From positions 139,066,001 to 139,130,000 of the forward strand of contig OX597815.1 in assembly GCA_951406725.2 (NCBI GenBank): a DNA stretch of 64,000 bases, written 5' to 3'. This DNA is from Octopus vulgaris (Eukaryota). How positions within the stretch are numbered: position 1 is the stretch's first letter; every line of letters begins with the position of its first letter. Positions 53,697 through 64,000 of this stretch are shown piece by piece. The position numbers and the translations under genes are program-made. The notes beneath the pieces are model-generated. The model did no database searches and was not told the origin of the DNA. It worked only from the letters and a program-made list of their open reading frames with translations.

Positions 53697-53900
53697 CTTT
53701 TTGGCTCAAGGCTAGTAATTTTGTAGGGGTGGGGAAGTCAATTACATTGACCTCAATACTCAACTGGTACTTACTTTATCGACTCCAAAGGACGAAAGGC
53801 AAAGTAAACTTCGGCGGAATTTGAACTCAGAACATAAAGACGGATGAAATGTCGCCGTGAATTGTTCTCGAACTGATAGCAATTTAGCCAGTTCACCGTC
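53697..53900 (-). mobile_element. SINE family A
   Basis: AACTGGTACTTAC…GAAAGGCAAAGT…CGGCGGAATTTGAACTCAGAAC. Confidence 0.85.
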
Positions 53901-54354
53901 TACGTTATATAAATATCAATGATGGAAAGAAACATTTAATTGTACTCATTAGAGACATATAAGACGAAGTGTATGTAGCATTAGGAAATATCGTTTAAAT
54001 TTTTAGTGAATATAATGATTTTGTTTAGGTTCTCTTATATGAAATTATATGATGAAATCAGTTTATCTCACTTAATATATTAATTGGTTCCTTTGATCAT
54101 AGATCTAAGTGTAATTATTGCAGTTTCTTGTAAGTAGACCATGGAACAACCAAAACAAAGAATTCACTTTTTCACTTTTCAGGTAAAATTTGAAAAATAT
54201 TTCATCGTAAACTTAGAAAACTAAACTGAGAGTTAATCTAGATTCTAATAAAATTTCGTTCGTTCATAATTGTCTTTCTGTAACTATATACATTTGAGAA
54301 TTAAAAAAAAATTATGATAATATTTGACTGATATGCAAATATGTTAAATTATGA

Positions 54355-54650
54355 TCCTTTACTAGTTTCAGTCCCTAAACTGCAGTAATGCTTAAGCATC
54401 TCCTTCGGATACTTGAGTTGACTGCATCGGCCCAGTTCATTTGGTATGTATTTCATTAAAAGTATAATGAACGAAATGTCATATCGATTCGGTTCCAGCA
54501 GGATGTATACGACAAACTTCTACACAGTTTGTCCCCACACTTTCACTTACGAAACTTTTCTCGACCTGAGACAATGGCAGAAAGTATTTTCCTAAACTTC
54601 TTAGCAATGGAATCGATCCCAGACCTTTTTACCCATACATCCATGTTCCC
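54355..54650 (-). mobile_element. Old, degenerate SINE B-like copy
   Basis: ACTAGTTTCAGTC…ACTGCAGTAATGCTTAAGCA and …TGGCAGAAAGTATTTTCCTAA…GGAATCGATCCCAGACC resemble the two ends of family B. Confidence 0.5.
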
Positions 54651-56312
54651 ACAGATTACGGAACCTCGCTAATCGCACATTGCTATAATAAAAACAATCA
54701 TCAGGTTTCTGAGAGAAATGTATATGAGACGGGATTGATAACACCACGAGAATTCTTTTATTTCATTATAGAACGTAAGCTATCATACTGATGGACCCGT
54801 TTTGAATCTCATGAAATTCGGTTTATATGAAATTTCTAATATTCCTGTCAGTATCTGTCTCAAATATTGTTTCGCGCCAATATTCTAATACCAGGTGCAG
54901 GATAAAGATAAGTTTAGCATACGTCGCACAGGGATGTCTCTTTTGTATATCTTAACTTCCTTATACTTATTGTCTCTCCCTAGTTTCTGTCTGACATTTC
55001 GAATTGTTGTTGCCATTAATACTTATCGATATATGGCACTACTTCCATGGTTACATGATCAAATCATAGCCAGTATTTCTGGAGTACTTTTTAATTATAT
55101 CCAGTTCAATATTTATTCGAAACAGACAAATATTATAACTCTGGAAAGCCCCCATGTTCTAAAAATACTGTTGCTAAAGTTAGATTTGAATACCTTGTTG
55201 AAAGGAGACCATTATGAAAATTTTAGCATATCATAATTCTCATACATTTTATGAGAAGAGAATTTTGCGACAGCTGTAGAATAGTTGAACACACAAATTA
55301 AATTCTGAATATTTCGATATATGAGTTCTGTTATATTTATGTATATAAATAAAATGTGTTATCTGTGAAAATACATAACAGAAAGTTATAAAGTAGGGTA
55401 TGATCCACAAACTCCAAAGTTTATGAATAAGTAAAGAAAAACAAATTATTGATTGAAATTGTACAAACCAAATTATTCACGATCGATATGATTTGGTATA
55501 TATAACATCTGAATTTTGCTAGCTTATTTCACTGGTTAATAGTTTTGTTTTGCCTACATTATTGATCAATAAGGGTGCCAGCACTCATTTGAAAGTGTTT
55601 AAATCGATACTTAATTGCATGACTAGAATTGTTTTGTTGTTTTTCGTTTCCATCAGTAGAAGGAGGTTTACAATAATAGTAGACATTATAAAGGCAAAAC
55701 ATATTTAAAAGGAAATTATAATTATGCTCCATTGTATTGTGTAATGGCTTCCAAAGTGCTTCAATAGCAGTCTTCTAGCACCGATATAATTCTAAAGGCA
55801 GGATGTTGTGATCTTTTTTATTTGAGTCAAACTGTATTCCAATATTTCTATACCGGAATAAAAGCACATTATTAACACTACATTATGTTTCTACCTTAGG
55901 CATACACACGGCCATGAGAAAATAGCTGTAATAAAAATGTTACAAAAAAAGGTTGTTTAGATTAGTTAGTATGCTGGGATATATCAAATAACTTCAGCGC
56001 TATACGCTAGAAGTTCGGTGTTCATCTATCAACTAACTGCAAATAAAATGGTTGAGTAATTATTGATTACGAATTGGTACGATTTACTCTGAAGTAACGG
56101 TATTTATATATTGATTAATCAATCAGTGAAATGACAATAAGTAGTTCCTTATAAATTAATTCAGCTGTAACAAATCACTTATATCTAAATAGAATTAAGA
56201 ATATGATATAGAACACTTAAAAGAAATAAACAAAATTTCGAGAAGCACCACGTGTGTGATAATATGTGGGTTGTGGACATTGTAATTTATCGGGATAATT
56301 TTAGCTATATGA

Positions 56313-56437
56313 TTAAAAAAATGCAAATCTTTCTTCCATTTTGGCCAATGACAAGTAGTCAAGATTAAAACCATCATTATGTCTTTGGTAATCTTTAGCC
56401 GGGTTTACTCGGTCGCACAAGCATTCGGGCTTTCTAT
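56313..56437 (-). CDS. Candidate terminal coding exon of an unidentified gene
   Basis: Acceptor TTCTATTTTTCAG, then an open frame (phase 1) xRKPECLCDRVNPAKDYQRHNDGFNLDYLSLAKMEERFAFF*; no homology recognised. Confidence 0.25.
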
Positions 56438-56975
56438 CTGAAAAATAGAATTATCATAAATTTCTCTGAACAATAATTGGGAATCTAGTAGAATTTCTTA
56501 CAAAGTTTAGAATATAAACGTTCTCATAGTCACCCGAAACAAATGCTTTCATAAGCTTAGGAATGTACCAGTATGTATGTATGCAGGAGATGGCAAATTA
56601 AAAAACAGCCTATTCATGCCTCTCCTTGTGTCATTACGTGACTGTTTCTAGAAGAGAGTGTGAAACTCTCTCGGTATAACTACGAGGTTACTACGAGGTA
56701 AAAATTGAATTCATTTCAAGAAGGAAAAATTGTTTCGCAGACAACGGAATCATTTATTGTTCGATTGAACACCACACATTAATAAAATAGGGACTTAAGT
56801 TTTAACAAGGAACAAACAAGTATGTATGGGTGAGCGAACAGAAATCAAACGAATATATGAAACATTACATCAGTTTTAATACAATGAGAAATTATACATA
56901 TATTTTAAATAATAAAGTGGTCCACCTAGTATTTACATTTGGATGGTGCTTAATGGGGGATATAGGTTAGGATTA

Positions 56976-57194
56976 CTCTTATTTCTTTATTGCTCACAAG
57001 GGGCTAAACATAGAGAAGACAAACAAAGGGATTAAGTCGATTATATCGTCCCCAGTGCGTAACTGGTACTTATTTAATCGACCCCGAAAGGATGAAAGGC
57101 AAAGTCGACCTCGGCGGAATTTGAACTCAGAACGTAGCGACAGACGAAATACTGCTAAGCATTTCGCCCGGCGCGCTAACGTTTCTGCCAGCTC
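56976..57194 (-). mobile_element. SINE family A, close to consensus
   Basis: CGACCCCGAAAGGATGAAAGGCAAAGTCGACCTCGGCGGAATTTGAACTCAGAAC…CTGCCAGCTC. Confidence 0.92.
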
Positions 57195-57495
57195 ACAGCA
57201 ATTAGTGCTAGTTGAATAAACACAGGTTTCACTCTAACTTGAATGTTAGTGATAATACAAAAAGTATGTGTAGTGAATGAAAAACGTATTTTAATATCGT
57301 GCTGTACAAAGTTTCATTTAGAGGGTGCTGCTGTTATTTAGTGATGACAAATAGTAGGAAAATGTGCCACTCGTCGTATTAACTCATGCAACTTAATGAA
57401 TGTTAAGTAAACATAAACGGGAATTGAAACCAAGGACACAGTCAGCTCATTGCGAGTTTACTGCTAATGTGCATATCTATCTATCTATCTATCTG

Positions 57496-57570
<75 letters not shown>

Positions 57571-57571
57571 A

Positions 57572-57629
<58 letters not shown>

Positions 57630-58545
57630 TGTAAATGCATCTACAGAAAGAGAGGAGACAGAACTGTGTGATTTTTTGGTTACATGTATACAAGTATGAG
57701 TGATATGTGACAGAGAGTGTATTTCTGCCTAAATCTATTTCTGTATATCTGCAATCAGTTCCTTTCAGACAACTTGTTAACTCTATTCATATATGACTTA
57801 CAAACCGACTGCTTTTAAATAATAGAGTATAAAAACATCCTTTACTTCAATTCTTAACCATTAACTATTCACATTTGCAAGTGTTTTTATTTTGTGAACC
57901 AGCATGTATTTCACCCTTTTTCCCCAACTCTTCTTCTTCTCTCTCTCTCTCTTTCTCTTTCTGAGTCTCTGATATACCCCGCCACACACACGTACACACA
58001 CACAGTTCAGACACTTCTCCTTCTTACAAACCACACCTCCATTCTTCACCAATCTCCCTTGATACTCTATCTCTGTCTCTCTGCCTCTCTCTCGCTCTTG
58101 CTCTCATACAAAACTGCTGTGTACATGTTTTGAAAAGCATGTTTTACGCAGTCACAAAATCTAGGCTATTTACTTTATTATTTCGATTACTTTGTACTTA
58201 TGTAAGGAATGCAACATAGTGTCCCAGTCTATAAATATTATTTATGTTATTGTTACTGTTATTTATGAATACAACAGTGTAGCAGAAATAAATTCATACC
58301 GGAATAAATGCAGTTCAGTGTCTACTAATGGCCTTTATGCTCTGAGTTCAAATACTACCGGCTACTATATCAAGCCTATTAATGTATAGTATTTAATTTA
58401 ATCAAGTATATTCCTCCCCTGCCAAAACTAAAAAAAAACATCAACGTCAGTATTATTATTATTAATACAAATCTTCCTATAGACATTGGAATGTTACTTT
58501 GCGTAATAATACACATTTTGATGCCTTCTTATCTTTAAAGTAAGG

Positions 58546-58713
58546 ATCCTTTCTACTATAGGCATAAGGCCTGAAATTTGGTACTTAATTTATCGTCCCC
58601 GAAATGATGAAAGGCAAAGTCGACCTTGGTGGAACTTGAACTCAGAACGTAGCGACGGGCGAAATACCGCTAAGCATTTCGTCCAGCGTGCCTGCGATTC
58701 TGCTAGATCGCCG
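58546..58713 (-). mobile_element. SINE family A with internal deletion
   Basis: Reverse complement of the consensus lacking part of the 3' region. Confidence 0.85.
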
Positions 58714-59824
58714 CATTTATCTTTAATATAATAATATACGGAGATTGCTTATTTTGGTACAATATGGTGCACATGTAATCCAAGAAATTTCGAAACTTAT
58801 TTCAAGAAAATAAGTGGGTGGAATGATGTCATGGCTGTGAATTGAACCTAGGTCACAGACTCGCTTCCAGTGGAGTTTAACCAAACTGTTTTACATTCAC
58901 TAAATTATTGTGAATTTGATAAAGAGGGAAAATATTTATCTGTTTTACTCTCAACACCCTTATTTATTCTGATTTTCATATAGAATTCCTATTGGCAAAA
59001 TATATTAACATATTTAATCTGAGCCACAATGGTGAAATGAAATCCATACTAATGCTTGGTCTCATACTGTTTTCAGTCAAAGTTAGTATGAAATATTCAC
59101 AAAACTGCAGCTATTTTCAGCTGTATCTTCACAGTGCTCGACATCGTTGACAAGGTCACAGATATCTTGAGGCAAGATATTAGTACGGAATAAAATTCAA
59201 TAAAGGGCGACAACTTACAGAGGCTGACACTTTAAGACCTTCTATGGATAAGAATTCGAAACTTTTGTTGGCCGTAATGCATATTTTATATATTTTCAAC
59301 CTCATAACTACTCGTACTCAAACTGCCTATTTGTGAACTGGCATAAATATGCTCACACAAGTCCACGCGTTTTTGCTGACTTGCGACAGGTAAATGCTAG
59401 CATGCACACCTTATACAAATTATAGTGGGAAGTTTGTATTAAGTTTAGTATGCCTGTGCATGTGCAACATTAACTATAAATGATTTAACAGCTGTATATT
59501 ACAAAACTAAAGTCCGCTATAGTTCAACACAGAGAGAATAAAACGTACCGTTAAATCGCTGGTAGTTTCCGACTCATAATGGATGAAGGCGGGTAGCGAA
59601 AGTTTCTTTCATGTCTATACAGGTAATTCACACAGGTATGGAAATAGCAGATCTTGTGTGGCTGCACATCCCAAAGAGTCCATAATAAAAACAGATATGA
59701 AATAGTGCGCATTGAAATGTAGTTCATTTGAATATTCCCACAATTAAAGCTAAAAATTCGTAGTACTTACCTGAAAATAGTGAATTTCTTAGATGAGTGC
59801 TCGATGTGTCCATGACCAACTCAC

Positions 59825-59928
59825 CTCAAATGTGTAGGATTTCTCATTAAGTATAACAATAGCGCATCACTCATCTTTCCACGGATAAATTGCTTTTCAG
59901 CATATCTACTATATGTTACAATAATGTT
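59825..59928 (-). CDS. Candidate internal coding exon (104 nt, phase 0 to 2)
   Basis: Acceptor TTGTTTATTTCTAG, open frame NIIVTYSRYAEKQFIRGKMSDALLLYLMRNPTHL, donor GAG|GTGAGT; phase-compatible with 61740-61838. Confidence 0.4.
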
Positions 59929-60612
59929 CTAGAAATAAACAAGATTAGTAAGGGTTTAGCTGCACAGAAACCATTCCCCACTAGGCCTAAGAGGCACAAA
60001 TGCAAGAAAAGTCACGAAGTTCAATCCAACATACCGCTTAAATCAGATCACTATTTTCCCTATATATTTTCTTACATTTTTAATTACATACTAACTTTTT
60101 TGCATTTTGACTTCACTGTCCAAAGCCGTCACAAGAAATCATCAGTACATGCAAGACACCAATACCAACTACATATCGAAAGGAAATAAAGCCACGTTCA
60201 GTCGTAATTAACAAACATCGCACCAGCTTCTGTTCTATAATCACGCTGGAAGTATGTCTGTATGTATGTATGTATGTATGTGTGAGTATGTATACATACA
60301 CACTAACATATACATGCAAACACATCTATACGTAAATGTATATGTGTTTTTACATTGAACAAACATCTAATGTAAAACCCATAACGTTAATACTTGAGTA
60401 CAGTGCGAAATGGTAGAAAATTTGACAATGTATTCTTCGCTGCAAAATAAAGATATACATACGCATCAATATTTGTTTGTTTGTATGCGTGTATGTGTAA
60501 ATATGTGTATGTGTATGTATATATATATATAACTATAATAATATAAACAATATATAAATATATGCATATATACATACATATATGTACATACCTACACATA
60601 TATGTATATATT

Positions 60613-60765
60613 GGTACAGGACATCAAAAAACGTTGAACACACTGAGAAACGAAAACAAGAAAACAAAAACAGAAAACGAACATTTTTTTTGAACAACGG
60701 AAAAAAAGCAGAGAAACAAGACATGCAACAATAAGAATATTCCCCTTCGTCAGTTGTCCCTGTTT
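60613..60765 (-). mobile_element. Family E repeat fragment
   Basis: Homologous to 11640-11790; minus strand GGGACAACTGACGAAGGGGA. Confidence 0.65.
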
Positions 60766-60792
60766 ATATATATACTTATTTAAAAACTACTA

Positions 60793-60859
<67 letters not shown>

Positions 60860-60895
60860 ATGTATATATATATAGTCACAAATTGTGACACAGTG

Positions 60896-60939
<44 letters not shown>

Positions 60940-60948
60940 AATAAATAA

Positions 60949-61033
<85 letters not shown>

Positions 61034-61739
61034 TAATATATCATATATGTTGGGAACTCTGTCAACAGAGCTGAGAAGCAGATAGTAGTTATGTAGTTAT
61101 AAGTGTCTAAATGGGAAACCGCTGCATGAGTTACAGGAGGCAGAAGCAATTATTTTTTACGGTTTTATTGTAAAGACCGTTCGATAAAAATTACAAAACA
61201 CGCGCGAAACCATTCAGAGTTGTAATTTTCACAGCATGATGGTAGTGGTTACCTACTTGATTTTTAAGGAAAGTTATAAATACAGTAATCGATATGCTGT
61301 CAGATATTTTTGGAGAATAGCGTAAAAATGTGTTGTCAGGGAGGTACTTTAAGATTTAAACGATGCAATGTAAGAAGGATCATTGCCCTCGGGCAGGTGC
61401 GTATATATCATTGGAAATGTTACTTAACTTTGCATCCTATAATGCATTTAGTGATAACTTTTTAGAAGCTGAATTAAAATACAAATGCGTGTGAATCAAC
61501 TAAAAGTAAAGACTATTTATGAGATGTCTCCAGATTAAGTTCCAAATATGCATAGAAAAACCATAGTTTATAAAACCGACATTCACTAAGCTTTCTGCCA
61601 TGAAAAAAATGATATTTCCTTATTCAATGAATTAAACACTTGTCTATTCTACATTCCAGTTTTATTGAATGATCGGTCCGTTATAAAATCGTTTCGTTCA
61701 TTTCAAATACATTAGCTACCGCACATTTAATACTCTTAC

Positions 61740-61838
61740 ACAACTAAAAATGCCTTTCGCTTTTAGATTCATCCAAAGATGCAAACAATTCTCTTTCATT
61801 GATCCTGCACAGATTTTTTCCCATTTATGTTTGTTTTC
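61740..61838 (-). CDS. Candidate internal coding exon (99 nt, phase 0 to 0)
   Basis: Acceptor TTTTATATTGTAG; only one frame is open, ENKHKWEKICAGSMKENCLHLWMNLKAKGIFSC; donor GTAAGA. Confidence 0.4.
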
Positions 61839-62145
61839 CTACAATATAAAATATTTTAATGCGGTTCACTATACATTACACTTTTTCCCTTAAGCATTAG
61901 GAATATTCGCTAAGTGTGAATAATATTGTGTTTGTTACACAATTACAATATGCCTTTGGCTCAATATTGTGTTTATTGCACAATTAAAAAATACCATAAC
62001 TTAAATGTTACAGTAAATGTGTTGTATTATCTACAGTTGTTCGAAGTTCAATTCTCACCTGTTACAATGGTAGATTTTCTTTTTTATGGTTCAATTAAAA
62101 TACAGTTTATTTCATTCGTTAAATTAAGCACCTGTATCATATAGG

Positions 62146-62354
62146 TTTCAATGTTTGGCACAAGGCCAGCATGTTGGGGAGGGGGTAAGTCGAGTACAAC
62201 GGCCCCAGTACGCAACTGGTACACTTTTTATCGACTCCGAGAGGACGAAAGGTAAAGTTGATCTCGGCGGAATATGAACTCAGAACCTAAAGACGGACGA
62301 AACGCTGCTAAGCATTTTCCCCGTCGTGCAAACGATTCTGCCAGCTCGCCGTCT
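62146..62354 (-). mobile_element. SINE family A
   Basis: Reverse complement of the consensus ending CTGCCAGCTCGCCGTC. Confidence 0.88.
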
Positions 62355-62834
62355 TAAGTACTTGTAACATACTGAAATTTATTCAGCTGAATGCAATTTA
62401 TCCTTACTTTGTTCTTCTGTAAGAGATTACAATGTGTTAAATCTTTCTAATAGTAGTGTTAGGTGTTGCAATAATAAAGAAAATGACATTAGTGTAATTA
62501 AAAAAACAATTTTTACTCTGTCATTATTCCAACGTAGGTCAGAAAGACGATAATATTATTTTGCGAGCTACAATTAAACCGAACTGATTTTGGTTAACTA
62601 TGTACACCAATATTTTGAAAGTATTACAGCCTCCATCACAGAAGAAACCATTTACTAACATATTCTAGGGAACGTATGCTTTTGAGCATGGAGTTTCTCT
62701 TTCAATACCTTCATATTTTATGGAAGTTTTAATTTATTGACTTATTGCTATTCCTCTTTACACTTTATGAATATTTTATTTATCAATTAGCTGTCCCTCG
62801 GTCCGTCTGATATCTATCTATCTATCTATCTATA

Positions 62835-62956
<122 letters not shown>

Positions 62957-62986
62957 TGTATGTATGAATGTATGTATGTGTGTGTA

Positions 62987-64000
62987 TTGTGTCATACTAT
63001 AAATAATGCGGTTTTTTTCAATTGCATGACCTAAAAGTCGGATGGAAACGGGATAAACTATTTCTATCAATTTGCTATAAAACCAGTTAGTAATGTTACC
63101 TTGTACTTATTCCTAGTGCAAGTGTTGAAGAGTGAAGTTCTATTTTAATAGTTATATTTTCAAGTGGCAAAGGAGCATATTCGGCATATTTTCTTTCATG
63201 AGTTTGATAAAGGCAACAACGTAACGGAACGTGAGAGGAATAATTCAGAGCCGGAAACTACAACCTAGAAGACGAGGCTCGTCCTGCAAGATTTATAGAG
63301 TTCGACAAGGACGTCTTCCAAAACATGGTGAGACAAAATCCCATCGTAACTGTTCGAGGAACTAAGAGAGAAGCTTGGATTTGATCATTCAACCATTCAT
63401 AGATACCTGCGTGTCATCGGAAAAGTCAACAATTGGCTCAATAGATTCCTCACAAATTTTCCGAGGCTAATCGCGCGCAGAGAGTGAATATGTGCTCTTC
63501 TTTGCTGTCATGACTCACGAATTAATCTTTTCTCAACCGAATAGTGACTGGTGACGGATAATGGGTTCTCTATAAAAATGTCAAGCGCTGAAACGGTGGG
63601 TAAGGAAAGGAGGAAAACCAGCACCCGAGGCTAAAGAAGGTCCTTCACCCACGTAAAGCGTTGTTTTTTGTTTGGTGGGATATGAAAGGTTTATTCCAGT
63701 TTGAACTTTTAAGCCTAAAGCAAACGATAACAAAGGAGATCTATTGGAAGCAGCTTGAGTGGCTTAAATCAGCGCTAGAAAAAAAATGGCCATCAATGAT
63801 TTCAAGTCGAAAGGTGTTCTTCTATCGGGATAATGCTCGTCCACGTACAGCCAGGATGACATTCCAAAGGCTGGATCAGTTTGAATGGGAAAAGATGCCC
63901 CACCCACCATATTCGTCAGACATTGCCCCATTTCATTATCATTTATTCCGCAGTATTCAAAATCATTTAGACGGAAAAAATATGAATTCTGTAGACGAGG
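62987..64000 (+). mobile_element. Second mariner family, decayed transposase, cut by the window end
   Basis: HIRHIFFHEFDKG; NLEDEAR; FLNRIVTGD; VWWDMKG; DNARP; PHPPYSSDIAP…YHLFRSIQNHLDGK; stops and frameshifts; left TIR-like TTGTGTCATACTATAAATAATGCGG after TA. Confidence 0.92.

Overview
AT-rich eukaryotic genomic DNA packed with microsatellites. The SINE families look like those of Octopus (coleoid cephalopod); this is from recall, not a database search. No intact protein-coding gene is evident, and almost all ORFs in the supplied track are microsatellite artefacts or fragments of decayed transposons. Recognisable content: (i) at least four Penelope-like element (PLE) remnants with RT and/or GIY-YIG motifs, each followed in the same orientation by a decayed hammerhead-ribozyme (HHR) motif, two of them capped by an inverted copy of their own 3' end; (ii) several short non-coding HHR-bearing repeats inside (TA)n, including a 363-bp self-complementary retrozyme-like unit; (iii) three Dong/R4-type LINE fragments, two ending in (TAA)n; (iv) one RTE-clade LINE fragment; (v) one full-length mariner with TIRs and TA TSD, plus three other mariner remnants; (vi) a Helitron Rep remnant; (vii) about 20 tRNA-derived SINE copies; (viii) about 9 local inverted duplications; (ix) two or three candidate minus-strand exons of an unidentified host gene at 56-62 kb. 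Boundaries of decayed elements were read by eye and are approximate (about +/-20 bp).
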